A DNA stretch of 64,000 nucleotides from Candidatus Marinacidobacterales bacterium (GCA_965226495.1 OZ245365.1:1312001-1376000); one strand, 5' to 3'. Positions 32,131-43,512 are shown, numbered from the stretch's first letter. The notes: a model not told the origin generated them from the letters alone. Translations and numbers: made by a program.

Positions 32131-32209
32131 ACTCACTGAAACTTCAGTGGATACGCTGTTTAGCCTCGAAATAGGCCTATGATAGACTCCTTGACCAAGT
32201 GGGTGGCAC

Positions 32210-32758
32210 TTGTTAGAAAGTAGACTTTCGGGGCTGCTGGTTCGTCTGAGGGTGCCGTTTGGCTGGCTAGTGGGTCTTGTGGCGGTATGGCTCGCCCGGC
32301 CTACCCCGACCTCTCTGGTTACCGGGTTGACGTGTGCTGCGGTCGGGGAGTCGATTCGAATCTGGGCGTCGGGCCATCTGGTGAAGTGGAAGGGACTCAC
32401 GCGGAGCGGCCCTTACCGACGGACCCGCAATCCTCTTTACCTAGGCAGCTTTTTGGTCGGGATCGGTTTCGCAGTAGCCACCGCGCGGTGGGAAGTTGGG
32501 CTGTTGCTGGTTGCTCTATTGTTCGGTGTCTACCCCCACGTGATGACGGCCGAGGCGGCTAGGCTCACCGAGGCTCATCCGGACGCCTACCCCGACTACG
32601 CCCGCGAAGTGCCTCTGCTGCTGCCCGTTCCTGGCCGCAGGGCGAGCTCGGTTCAAGGAGGTGCGTTCTCGTGGGAAAAAGTGAGGGAGAACCGGGAGCA
32701 CGTAACGGTTCTGGGGTGTCTTGCCGTGGGCTTGTTGCTGTGGTGGAGAATGGTTTGA
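32210..32758 (+). CDS. Isoprenylcysteine carboxylmethyltransferase family membrane protein
   Basis: LTRSGPY..RNPLYLG and Y..Y...VP motifs. Confidence 0.85.
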   Translation: MLESRLSGLLVRLRVPFGWLVGLVAVWLARPTPTSLVTGLTCAAVGESIRIWASGHLVKWKGLTRSGPYRRTRNPLYLGSFLVGIGFAVATARWEVGLLLVALLFGVYPHVMTAEAARLTEAHPDAYPDYAREVPLLLPVPGRRASSVQGGAFSWEKVRENREHVTVLGCLAVGLLLWWRMV

Positions 32759-32781
32759 GGTTGGGTCGGTCTGACGGTCTG

Positions 32782-33066
32782 TCAGGGAATCACTTTGCGC
32801 CGCTTGGTCATTTCCTCGTCGTAATACCTCCGGTAGAGGATGTCCCACTCCTCACTGCCTTCGGGGATATCGCGCTGCTGGCTTTCGATCTTCCGCCTAG
32901 CTTCGACGTCGATGATCTCGTCGTCCTTGAGCTCTTCGTTGATGACGCGCACGATATCCATGCGAATCTCACCGTCATCGCTGAAGAACTCCACCTCGGG
33001 GTTGGTGCGCAGATGGTCCATCAGAAGGTTGGTGATGTGGTTGACTTTTCCGTGCGAGAGCCGCAT
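32782..33066 (-). CDS. DUF507 family protein
   Basis: MRLSHGKVNHI..IPEGSEEWDILYRRYYDEE. Confidence 0.8.
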   Translation of the reverse strand: MRLSHGKVNHITNLLMDHLRTNPEVEFFSDDGEIRMDIVRVINEELKDDEIIDVEARRKIESQQRDIPEGSEEWDILYRRYYDEEMTKRRKVIP

Positions 33067-33077
33067 CGTCTTGATCC

Positions 33078-33356
33078 TTAAAGGATAATCTTCCTCTCTC
33101 GAGCCAGCTTCTTCTTGATCATCTTGAACATCTCGCGATACTCGACGTTCGTGCGCCGCATCTCCTCGGCGTGGTCGGTTAGGATGTCTCGGACCTCATC
33201 ATTCAGTTGGTCTTCGACCATGAGCTCTTGAGTGATGAGGTCGACGAATCCCGAGATCAGCTTGGCCGGATCGTCGGATTCGATGTGCCCCTGCTCGATG
33301 AGATCCTTGGCGATCCGGTGGGCGATGAACTCAACTTGGTTACGGGTCAGCCTCAT
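33078..33356 (-). CDS. DUF507 family protein
   Basis: EDQLNDEVRDIL..YREMFKMIKKKLARERKIIL. Confidence 0.8.
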   Translation of the reverse strand: MRLTRNQVEFIAHRIAKDLIEQGHIESDDPAKLISGFVDLITQELMVEDQLNDEVRDILTDHAEEMRRTNVEYREMFKMIKKKLARERKIIL

Positions 33357-33514
33357 ATCGTCTCAAACTTAATGTAAACATTGCAAAATATCACATGGCC
33401 CGCAGAGACTTCAAGAGAAACCTGAGGTCTTGCAGCCTTTGTCTTGTGGAACTTAGCTTGTTGATAGGAGCCGATTTGGCGCTTTTGGGGGTCTACGAGG
33501 AAGGTGGCCTCAGA

Positions 33515-33543
33515 TTGACAAGCCGCAGGGTGACCGCTATACT
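33515..33543 (+). promoter_or_regulatory. sigma70 promoter of tRNA-Asp
   Basis: TTGACA-17-TATACT about 60 bp upstream of the tRNA. Confidence 0.8.
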
Positions 33544-33604
33544 CCGTTTCGCTTCAAACCGGGGGTTCCCAAAAACCCGTCAGGATGTCTGCCAACGACC
33601 ATGC

Positions 33605-34840
<1,236 letters not shown>

Positions 34841-34844
<4 letters not shown>

Positions 34845-34987
34845 GATAGGCCCCGTCGCGCCCGGATGTATTGCTGCATCCCGAGATAGGAGAATCGGAG
34901 AGCACTTCCTACTTTGACAGTGAAGGGAAGCTTCTTCGCATTCTTATAGAGGTAATACTTGGAGACAGAGAGCAGCTTCGTTCCCAA
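34841..34987 (-). pseudogene. 5'-truncated excisionase-like HTH protein
   Basis: Manual translation KLLSVSKYYLYKNAKKLPFTVKVGSALRFSYLGMQQYIRARRGLS*; GTGA overlap with the int start; in-frame stop just upstream. Confidence 0.65.
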
Positions 34988-35198
34988 GTGCAGGAGTGGT
35001 CAACGGTTTGCCTCTTCGGCTTGGCGTACGCTCTTCCTTGGCAGCACCGTGAGCGGTCGCTTCTCGTCGTGTCGCTGCCGTAGCCTCGCGGACGATCGGG
35101 CAGGGGGTCACACGCTGCCGCTGCCCGGCGTGTTGCGACCGGCCAGGGCCGAGGCACGCGAATCCCCGGGCCGCAGGCCGTCGTCTCGGAGCCTTTCT

Positions 35199-36071
35199 TT
35201 ACTGAGTGGAAAGGAGCTTGGACTGCACGAACTGATAGCCGTCCTGCGGTCGAGCCATCGCGTCGTCCCACGGCTTCATGTGCTCGGCGACCTCTTCCTC
35301 GGAGTAGACGCGAGAGAGAATGGCGCTGATGTCGGTCTCGGTCCCCTCGAGCAGCGGATCGCCCATGAAGACGTAGGTGAGCGTGCCATCTTCGTCCGGG
35401 TCGGACGGATACAGAGCGCGGAACGAGCCCCCGCGAGCGAACTCCTCATCCTCAGCGCTGATTCTCGCGAGGGTGTCGATCAGGAAGTCCACGAACGTCT
35501 CGAACTCCTGCTGTTTGTCTGCCCGAACATACGTGAAGAACATGACCACCGTCTCACCCTCCACGGCCTTGCTGCCCGGACCCTGGTTCATGTTCTTGGC
35601 TTGCACGAAACCGTAGGAGTCCTGTGGCCGCGCCATCGCGTCGTCCCACGGCTTTCGAAGCTCGGGGATCTCATCCTCGGAATAGACTCGGGCGAGAATC
35701 GTACTGATACTGGTCTCGGCGCCCTCGCGAAGCGGATCGCCCATGAACACGTAGGTGAGTGTGCCGTCCTCGTTCGCTTCGCTCGGAAAGAGCGCTCGGA
35801 AGGCCGACTGGTTGTGCGCGAACTCGGCATCTTCGGCGACGATGGTGCGTAGCGTGTCGTCGAAGAAGCTCAGGAACCCTTCGAATTCCTGACGCTTCTC
35901 TCCCTGGACGTGAGTAAAGAACATCACCACCGTTTCGCCGTCCTGGGCCCGCATTGCGTCCGAGCTCGCCGCGGCGCTCGACTCCTCCGATGGCTCCACA
36001 CTCGTCGGTTCCTCGGCGGGCTGGCAGCTCGAGAGTATTGCGATGAGGAAAAGGAACGAGAATCGTCTCAT
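35199..36071 (-). CDS. Lipoprotein with two tandem ~120 aa repeats
   Basis: Lipobox LSSC; GETVVMFFT..DGTLTYVFMGDPL..KPWDDAMARPQD occurs twice. Confidence 0.8.
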   Translation of the reverse strand: MRRFSFLFLIAILSSCQPAEEPTSVEPSEESSAAASSDAMRAQDGETVVMFFTHVQGEKRQEFEGFLSFFDDTLRTIVAEDAEFAHNQSAFRALFPSEANEDGTLTYVFMGDPLREGAETSISTILARVYSEDEIPELRKPWDDAMARPQDSYGFVQAKNMNQGPGSKAVEGETVVMFFTYVRADKQQEFETFVDFLIDTLARISAEDEEFARGGSFRALYPSDPDEDGTLTYVFMGDPLLEGTETDISAILSRVYSEEEVAEHMKPWDDAMARPQDGYQFVQSKLLSTQ

Positions 36072-36294
36072 GGTATTCCCTCCGTGCGAAAACCCATTGG
36101 GTTTGAATCCGCAGCTCCCTCCGACCCAGGGGCTGTGACGGGCTGCTAACACGGTCGCCCAGGGTCGCATGGGGCGGTATTGACGCCTGTGGCAGATGCA
36201 GTGCCCGTTCGGGGCCGCATGGCAAACATACTACGCCGGGGCTCCGGCCAACGTCAAGCAGACAATCACTTGAAGACACAGCTAGCGTAGTGAG

Positions 36295-36432
36295 GAGTCC
36301 CCCCGGCTTTGCCGGGGAGGCACCCAGAGTTTGACATTTCCGGGAGTCGCCCAGAAGAACTCCCTTCCGTGAGCCGCCAAAGCATCACGAAAGGGAGTTC
36401 AAATGAGCGACTACCGGAGTCTAAGCCATGCT
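36295..36432 (+). mobile_element. IS200/IS605 left end with first ~10 codons of tnpA
   Basis: CCCCGGC ttt GCCGGGG hairpin, RBS-sequestering hairpin GAACTCCCTTCCGTGA/TCACGAAAGGGAGTTC, then MSDYRSLSHA. Confidence 0.7.
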
Positions 36433-36464
36433 TTGCAGGTATCTACTTCGCTGCCCGCTCAGAA

Positions 36465-37004
36465 GGATAGGAGAATTCATAACCTGACTGACTGCGCTCG
36501 GCTGCCATTTTCCCGTTTTGGTAGTGATGGTGGCACCTCATTGCGCGTTGGTGAAAGTAGCAGAAAGTGCACGGGGAAGGCAAAAGGAGTTTGGGCAGTT
36601 TTGGGCGGGGGAGTTTGGGCATAAAGCCACAGGTATGCCTTCCGGTGCCAGAGGGAGGGCACAGGGGAGGAGTCGCGGAGAAACCGAGGCTAATGCTGAG
36701 GAGGAGCGCGGGAGTCGGCCTTTCGCTTCTCCAAATGACCCAAGATTTTCCGAATCACCTTCTGCTTGGTGATGAAGGCGACGACGCGGTGGGTGTCCCC
36801 ACAGTCGCACTGGAGAGGATCGGTCTGATGAACGCGCTTGATGAGCTGGGCCCATCTTTTTCTGAGCGCGGCACGCTTTTTGGAGGACAGCTTCGGCTCA
36901 GAGTTGGCTTCAGGAAGGGAGAAACGCGATTTCTTGAAGGTTGCTGCTGGAGGCTGTTCGCTGGGGCTCCCTCGGTCCTCATCAGAGAGAATCGCGGCTT
37001 GCAC
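36465..37004 (-). pseudogene. 3' fragment of an IS91-like element
   Basis: RKRWAQLIKRVHQTDPLQC..FITKQKVIRKILGHL..RAPP is homologous to the C-terminus of 58080-59414; CCTATCC end at 36465 is a tentative oriIS. Confidence 0.75.
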
Positions 37005-37027
37005 CTACCCGGAAAAGTGACTTTTTG

Positions 37028-37222
37028 ACTGTCCCCGTACTGACCCCGAACTGGTGACACTCAGGGACAAAAACGGCACTTCCCTCTCGGGGCCGACCGT
37101 CCTAAGTACCTGATTTTACGCCATGTTTGATCAGGAGTGACATTATTAATAGGCGACGCGGGGGGACTTAAAATCCTCCGCGCTTCTTTTGGGCAAGTAT
37201 CTGATGAAGCCACTGTCCCCAG
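37028..37222 (+). other. Relic att site with a tRNA-Leu(TAA)-like anticodon-arm core
   Basis: GACGCG..GGGGA-CTTAAAA-TCCTC at 37155-37180; 11 bp-period ACTG(T/A)CCCCG repeats at 37028-37056 and ACTGTCCCC at 37212. Confidence 0.55.
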
Positions 37223-37250
37223 AAAATCCCTCGCGCCGACTCCGATGGGT

Positions 37251-37431
37251 TTGGTCACCAATTGGTCACCAACGTGGCTGAAGGTGCTGAACCGGGAAGA
37301 CATAAACACTACGCGTAGTCCTTGCTTTTTCTCCGTTTTTGGCGCTCTTGGTTCTGCTCGGTCTTCTCAGCTTTCCCCTGAGAGGATTCGTAATCAGCAG
37401 GTCGGAGGTTCAAGTCCTCTCGCCGGCTCCA
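37251..37431 (+). other. Relic attR with a tRNA-Thr(CGT) 3' half
   Basis: GATTCGTAATCAGCAGGTCGGAGGTTCAAGTCCTCTCGCCGGCTCCA at 37385-37431; TTGGTCACCAA x2 at 37251-37272. Confidence 0.8.
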
Positions 37432-37552
37432 TGTACATCCAACGACTGCTCGCACAAAAAATGCACGAGCCCCACTAATCTTCTGCCGCAAAACAAGTTA
37501 GCAATGTCGCTTTGGTGCGTTAGGCCGGTGGTCCGAGAGGCGGGTCCGTGCT

Positions 37553-40246
37553 CTAGTTCGTTGGCACGAGCCGCTTCAGCTCTTCGAACCAATTGAGGAC
37601 CACGTTGATTTGATTCCGCCCTTGTTGCTGCTCGACCTGAATCATCACGAATCGCTGACCGTCAGGGGTCACGCTGTAGTTCGCATCCCAGGGATTGGAA
37701 AGGTAAGTTCCCTCGAACAGTAGTAGAGGGCGGGACGGACTGAACGTGGGGTCCGCTTCGTAACCGACAGCCATCATTTTGTCTCCGTTCCGGTAGAAGA
37801 GCTCGTGCCCTTTGGGTGACCACACCGGCTCGGTACCCCCCTCCGTGGATAGTTGCCATTTGCCATCGAGGTCGGGAAACGGTTGCACGTACACCTCGAT
37901 CCGGCCAGATTCATCCGATGTATAGGCCAACCAACGGCCGTCGGGCGAGAGTGCCGGATGCCTTTCCTCGAAGGGCGTGTCAATGACAAACTCAGCCTGG
38001 CCTTCTCCCGTAAGCGGAAGCACCCCAATATCTCCGCCAGCGCTCGCGACTAGTCGGGCAAAGATTAAATATCGTCCATCAGGGGAGATACTTGAGGGCC
38101 ACACCGCGTTGTTGTCGCCCTTTGCCTTCAGGACCTCTATCTTTGTGCCGCTACCATCGGCAGCCTTTAGAAAGATGTCAGAAACCGAGACCTCCTTACC
38201 CCTACCCGATGCGAAGGCCACTTGGTCTCCGCCCGGCGTCCAGGCGGCATAAGCGCCGCGGTCGAACGTTAACCGTGTCATCGTGCCGCGTCGTATTTCG
38301 TAAACCCAAAGGTCTCTGAGACCTTGCTCGCCACGAACGCCGACGGCTAGACGTTCGCCGTCCGGTGAAAGGCGAGGATTCGAATAGGTCAGCAGGGTTT
38401 CGGTCAGCGGACTCGTCCCACCGTTCCGGTCGACCCAAACTAGCGATGCGTTGCCCGTCATGCCTACGCCGCCCGGTATGTATATGAGTGAACCTCTGGG
38501 GGTAATCGCGAAATTGGAAGCACCGCGGACTGGGACCCGCATTACGCCCTCGAGGATCGGAACCGGGCCACCGGACACCTGGAGCCGTGATTCATCGAAC
38601 GGCACTGCCAGGATGGTTGTCCCTCTTGCGTAGACAATATGTCCGGTGGACGAGTAGCGAGCATCCGTACCGCCCTCGATCAAGACGCGCCTCTCACCGC
38701 TTTCGAGGGATTGGACAACAATGCTGGAGTCATCCCACGAGGAGCCACCGGAGTTGAGTGTAAATAGCACGTGCTCGCCTCCGGGAAGCAACTCTGGCCG
38801 GTGGAACGCATCGGATTCTCCCACCGGCGCTACCAGTTGCTCCGGTGCGCCGCCGGAACCGGATACACTGTAAATGCCGCCGAACCCTGCGCCCAGGAGA
38901 ATACGATTGTCCGGTCCCCAAGTGGCGCCAAAGAAGAGTTGGGGGAAGTCGCAAAGGGTCACAGGCGCCCCGCCACTTACTGACACCTTCCTTAGTTTCC
39001 CGTCCGCCCAAAAGCCTAACCACTGTCCGTCCGGGGAGAAGAAAGGATTCCTTCCGGAGAGCAGTCCTACCCCTTCGGTGCCGGCGATCGGCGTCGTCCC
39101 GAGCCGGTCCAGCGCACGCAGGTGCAGTTGATTGTTGGCGACGTAGGCTACGTGCTTTCCATCCGGGGACGCAGCTACGAGGTGAGCTCCCATTGCGCCA
39201 CTCAGTACCTGGTCACGCAGCGGTATCTCGAATCGCATTAGGGATGGAGTTGGCACCGAGTTAGGATCCTTCATCACGAGCGCCGAGATCAGCGCGCCCG
39301 CCAACACGCCGACCGCCGTCAATAACAATGCCTTGCGCGGCGAGATCCCCGTGGCACGAGCACGATGCGGTGACTCGCTCGCCGGTGATGCGCCTTCGAC
39401 GATCCACTCCAACTCTCTGGTCACATCGCCCGCCGATTGCCAGCGGTCGTCAGGGTCTTTCGAAAGGCAGCGTTGGATCACGTGATCCAACGCCGGAGGT
39501 GTCGTCGTCTGAACAGTACTAATGGGCGGGGGCTCGTCCTTGAGAATTGCTCCAATAAGACTCGCCTGGCTTTTACCCTCGAATGCTCGGCGTCCCGTCA
39601 CCATCTCGTAGACCACGGCGCCAAAGGCGAAGATGTCGGTCCGCGTGTCGGCCTCTTTGCCTTCGAGCTGCTCGGGAGCCATGTACTGGAACGTTCCCAA
39701 AATGGCACCTGGTTGAGTTAGAGATTTTTGCTCGGTGGGTGCCGCCGATAGATCGGGTCCAGAACCGGCTACCGACATCTTGGCGAGGCCAAAATCCAGG
39801 AGCTTCGAACCGGACTTCGTCAACATAATGTTCCCGGGCTTTAGATCCCGGTGCACCACGCCTTGACGGTGGGCTTTGTTGAGGGCATCGGCGATCTCGA
39901 TCCCATGTTGGAGCGCGTCGTCGAAGGGGAGTGCTCCTTTCTTCAATCTGTCGGCGAGGGTTTGGCCTTGGATGTGCTCCATGACCATGAAGTCGATGCC
40001 GTTTTCGCTGCCAATATCGTAAAGCGTGCATATGTTCGGATGATTCAAACTGGAGACGGCACGGGCTTCGCGCTCGAATCTCTGCCGGACTTCGGGATGG
40101 CTGGCTACGTGAGCGGGAAGGACCTTGATGGCGACGGTGCGATCGAGGCGAGTGTCCTTGGCTTTGTAGACTTCACCCATTCCACCCGCGCCGATGGGCG
40201 CAACAATCTCGTATGGCCCAAGCTTGGTTCCAGGTTCTAAGGGCAT
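37553..40246 (-). CDS. Ser/Thr protein kinase with TM helix and PD40 repeats
   Basis: IGAGGMGEVY, HRDLKPGN, YMAPEQ, SPDG repeats and VVLNWFEELKRLVP tail. Confidence 0.95.
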   Translation of the reverse strand: MPLEPGTKLGPYEIVAPIGAGGMGEVYKAKDTRLDRTVAIKVLPAHVASHPEVRQRFEREARAVSSLNHPNICTLYDIGSENGIDFMVMEHIQGQTLADRLKKGALPFDDALQHGIEIADALNKAHRQGVVHRDLKPGNIMLTKSGSKLLDFGLAKMSVAGSGPDLSAAPTEQKSLTQPGAILGTFQYMAPEQLEGKEADTRTDIFAFGAVVYEMVTGRRAFEGKSQASLIGAILKDEPPPISTVQTTTPPALDHVIQRCLSKDPDDRWQSAGDVTRELEWIVEGASPASESPHRARATGISPRKALLLTAVGVLAGALISALVMKDPNSVPTPSLMRFEIPLRDQVLSGAMGAHLVAASPDGKHVAYVANNQLHLRALDRLGTTPIAGTEGVGLLSGRNPFFSPDGQWLGFWADGKLRKVSVSGGAPVTLCDFPQLFFGATWGPDNRILLGAGFGGIYSVSGSGGAPEQLVAPVGESDAFHRPELLPGGEHVLFTLNSGGSSWDDSSIVVQSLESGERRVLIEGGTDARYSSTGHIVYARGTTILAVPFDESRLQVSGGPVPILEGVMRVPVRGASNFAITPRGSLIYIPGGVGMTGNASLVWVDRNGGTSPLTETLLTYSNPRLSPDGERLAVGVRGEQGLRDLWVYEIRRGTMTRLTFDRGAYAAWTPGGDQVAFASGRGKEVSVSDIFLKAADGSGTKIEVLKAKGDNNAVWPSSISPDGRYLIFARLVASAGGDIGVLPLTGEGQAEFVIDTPFEERHPALSPDGRWLAYTSDESGRIEVYVQPFPDLDGKWQLSTEGGTEPVWSPKGHELFYRNGDKMMAVGYEADPTFSPSRPLLLFEGTYLSNPWDANYSVTPDGQRFVMIQVEQQQGRNQINVVLNWFEELKRLVPTN

Positions 40247-40511
40247 CGTTTGGCTTTCGGGAGTCAGCACATGCCGAGAAGTGAGATTCTAGTCCGGCAA
40301 AGACAAAGTGTCCAAGGGAAAAGCCTGGGGTCCTCGCCCTGTGCAGTAATTGTGCAGTGAAGCTGTCCGAACAGGTACCAAAGGAGCCTAAACCCGAGAG
40401 TCTAACTGGCTGATTTCTTGGGCTCCTTCTTCCTCCCTTTGTTCTGGTTGGACGCCTTCCCCGGCCTGTCACGCCGGAGGTCGCGAGTTCGAATCTCGTC
40501 GGCCCCGCCAC

Positions 40512-40531
40512 CCCGTCCTGTGCCAAAACTC
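40512..40531 (+). repeat. 20 bp IS-end-like direct repeat (second copy 45302-45321)
   Basis: CCCGTCCTGTGCCAAAACTC at both positions. Confidence 0.7.
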
Positions 40532-40714
40532 GGCCCTTTTGAAATAGCCCATAAATCAGCAACTTAGTGTCTGTGTTTGCGGCCGTGCCAAGGGCCGAGC
40601 GCGAACAAACGACGAGATCATGCAGACATGGTCCCGGGAGACTGGAGACCGATCAAGTTCGGGGCGCGCGGATGAATAAATAGAAGGTACAGCCACGAGC
40701 AGCACATGACGGGT

Positions 40715-41830
40715 TCAATTCGAGCACACAAGCGGCGCCTCATACTCTAGCGCGAGCAGCCGGAAGTAGTTCTCGCCGAGGGCGATGTTCCGGAAGGCAG
40801 CGTCGCTCAGATGGCGATTGATGCGACTCGTGACCTCCAGCTCCCTTCGGTAGACGTCGAGAGCCTTGTCCCGCGACGCCAGGAAGTCCGTTCCAGGTAG
40901 AATCCGGTCGGAGTAGGCGTTCAGGAAAGGCACATACACCGCCCGATCTTCCGGGGTCGCGAAGTAGGCGTCGTCAATCACCCGCCAGGACAGGTCCAGC
41001 ATCAGGTTCGAATAGCGTTCCAGCATCGACATCATCAGCTCAACGTGCCAAGCGGCGTCCATGGCGGTGAGTTCACGCGACAGTCCCATGTGGACCCAGA
41101 CGATCGCGTTCTCGGGATACAGGCGCAGCACCTCCTCCATCAGCGGCAGGTATCGGGTCGGGGCGTCGTCGTTTCCTAGGTCTGCATGGATGGCGAGCGG
41201 CATGCCGCGCGCCCGCAACGCCTCCATGAAGGGAGCCCAGTCGCTGATGGTGGCTGGCGGGACCGGCTCGTGCCCGCTGTCGAACAGCGCCTGCTTCACG
41301 AGGTTGACTTCACCCATCCACGTGAAGGCGCCGGGGTATTCTTGCTCCAGGAGTTGCATCCCGGAGAGGACCGACGCAGGCTGCGACAGGTCCGGGAACG
41401 TCATCGAGAGCGTCAGGTGAGTGTCAGCCGGTGCCTTCGTCATGTAGTTGGCGGCGTTGACGAAGTCGTTCTTCAGCGTCGGCGTCACCGGCGTGCCGGG
41501 GCAGTCCAGGTAGTAGGTGCAGGAGGAGGTTACTGGGAGCATCTGGCCGATGCCATAGACGTTGGCGAACAAGACACCGGTCTCCTCGAAGTACTGCAGG
41601 ACTTCCTCGAACGGGATGGCGGGGCCGCCGAACGGACGGAAGTGCACGTGGGTGTCGACCACTGAGGTCTGAGGCTGCACGGAGCGGTCGTAGCACGGAG
41701 CGTCGTCGCTTCGGAACATCTCCAGCGTCAGCCCCGGGGATGCGTCGATGGTCGTCGCGCTCTGCCAAGTGCAGCCGATGGCACCTGACAGGCTCAGTGT
41801 CATGAGCAACAGAAGAGGGCTTTGGTGCAT
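40715..41830 (-). CDS. Amidohydrolase_2 family protein, probably exported
   Basis: VDTHVH, GEVN, IHAD, WVHMG and GTDF; hydrophobic N-terminus. Confidence 0.8.
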   Translation of the reverse strand: MHQSPLLLLMTLSLSGAIGCTWQSATTIDASPGLTLEMFRSDDAPCYDRSVQPQTSVVDTHVHFRPFGGPAIPFEEVLQYFEETGVLFANVYGIGQMLPVTSSCTYYLDCPGTPVTPTLKNDFVNAANYMTKAPADTHLTLSMTFPDLSQPASVLSGMQLLEQEYPGAFTWMGEVNLVKQALFDSGHEPVPPATISDWAPFMEALRARGMPLAIHADLGNDDAPTRYLPLMEEVLRLYPENAIVWVHMGLSRELTAMDAAWHVELMMSMLERYSNLMLDLSWRVIDDAYFATPEDRAVYVPFLNAYSDRILPGTDFLASRDKALDVYRRELEVTSRINRHLSDAAFRNIALGENYFRLLALEYEAPLVCSN

Positions 41831-42166
41831 GGACCCAAGAAGTATAATGTGATGGCTTTGAAAATAGTACGTCAAGTGTGCGCGATGACATCCTTTATTG
41901 GGCGCGATGGGGTGCTTCCGCCATTAAGTGTTGGTGAGATGACGCTAAGACTTTACGGTGCATTAAGTTACAGCCAAAATAGCGCTCGTGACCTTCGCTG
42001 CGCGCTAAATAGAGCGTAAGCGACTCTTTTGCAACGGGATACGTACACATCACCAACAGCAAACAGCGCAAGCACCAATACCAGCACATCGCAGCGGAGA
42101 TCGAAGAGCGCATCGCTAACTGCCCGGCTTATCGCTGAACTCGGAATCCAATGCCGGTGTACGCCG

Positions 42167-43498
42167 TCAACGGATGAGGAGAACTTTCTCCTGAGGCGGG
42201 TACAACCATTCGATACCGCGCTCGGTGATGAGTGCGTTTTCCTCGACATTGACGCCTATCTTCGCTCCTCCCCATTCCTTGGCTGGCCGGAAGATCCGAT
42301 ATTCCAGCGAAATGATAGTGTTGGGGCGAACTTCGTATTTGGTCCGCTCCGGGAAAATCTCGAAGAGACCAGCCGACACATCATGGCCGATGTTGCCTGC
42401 GGCATGCATACCGACGTTGACCTCGATACCGGGCACGTCGCTGGGACGCTCCACCTCGGTGTAGACATAACCGGCGTCCCGAATGATTTGCTTGAGCTCG
42501 TCCAGCTGCTCTCTACCGGTGCGTCCCGACCGGACGTTCTTGCGAATGATCTCCGCCACCTTTCTTGCTTCTTCGAAGGCGACGACGACGTCGTGGGGCG
42601 CCTCGCTCTCCTCTTCTTTCAGGACGTAGGCAAAGCGCTTGATGTCAGTGCCGAAGTTATTGCGCACTCCTCCCCAATCGATCTGCACGATATCGCCTCG
42701 TCGAATAACCTCGTACACCGATCGCGCCCTCGAACCGCCCGGGCGGCTAAGCCAGACCGACGGATACCAAGCTCTTTGGAGCCCCCATTCCTCCCGCCGC
42801 TCCTCCAACCACAAGGAAACGTCCTGTAGAGTCGTCTGCCCCGGCGTGATCACTTCATTACTAAGCGCGCGCTCGATGCCCCTACGGGTGAGATCTCCAA
42901 TCTTGGAGATCTCACCCGCGACGCGCTCCCCGTGATAGTCCGCGATGAGATGCTGTGCCGAGGTGAAGCGGGAGGCGTACTTTTCGCCTAGCTCGTTCTC
43001 AAGGAACTGGTAGTCGGTGTGAGACAGTCCGTCGGCAACGTGAATACCCTCACGCGTATTGGGCACGGCGAGAAAGTTCAAAGCGATCGTTTTGGGATCG
43101 CGCTCTTCGACGATGGAGCGAAGCTCCGTACTTCTCCCGAACGAGTCGTACGCGCCACAGTCTTCCGCCATATCCGTCTCCGGTCCCAGCTGGATGCGCT
43201 CCACACGCCCTTCACCTGGGTCGAAGAAAATGTAGATCCCTTGGCCGTTGACGGTATCGATGCCGAAGTCACGCGCCATCGGCTCGGTGCCGCGACCACG
43301 ATCCAGCACGATCCACGTGTCGATGCGGTTGCGGCGCATGGCGGTGGGAAGCACGTAGTCGAATTTATCCTTGCGGATCATGCATGAGATCTCCCAAAGC
43401 GAGCGTGCATCGTCGATCGTCGATGCGCGGACCAGCAACGACAGGCTCGAGCTGGAGGCCACGAGGCACAGCAAGACAACGCATATGGATTTGTACAT
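42167..43498 (-). CDS. M24 family (Xaa-Pro) metallopeptidase, secreted
   Basis: GDIVQIDWG..GTDIKRFAY, HAAG, SLEY and VEEN; signal peptide. Confidence 0.85.
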   Translation of the reverse strand: MYKSICVVLLCLVASSSSLSLLVRASTIDDARSLWEISCMIRKDKFDYVLPTAMRRNRIDTWIVLDRGRGTEPMARDFGIDTVNGQGIYIFFDPGEGRVERIQLGPETDMAEDCGAYDSFGRSTELRSIVEERDPKTIALNFLAVPNTREGIHVADGLSHTDYQFLENELGEKYASRFTSAQHLIADYHGERVAGEISKIGDLTRRGIERALSNEVITPGQTTLQDVSLWLEERREEWGLQRAWYPSVWLSRPGGSRARSVYEVIRRGDIVQIDWGGVRNNFGTDIKRFAYVLKEEESEAPHDVVVAFEEARKVAEIIRKNVRSGRTGREQLDELKQIIRDAGYVYTEVERPSDVPGIEVNVGMHAAGNIGHDVSAGLFEIFPERTKYEVRPNTIISLEYRIFRPAKEWGGAKIGVNVEENALITERGIEWLYPPQEKVLLIR

Positions 43499-43512
43499 CT
43501 CGATTCCCCTAT

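Noticed and set aside
40173-40562. 129 aa ORF containing AGPTRFELATSGVTGR
   Set aside because: Antisense shadow of the tRNA-derived attR.
41890-42110. Lower-GC stretch vaguely like a gammaproteobacterial cassette/attC remnant
   Set aside because: No convincing R''/R' pairing could be built by eye.
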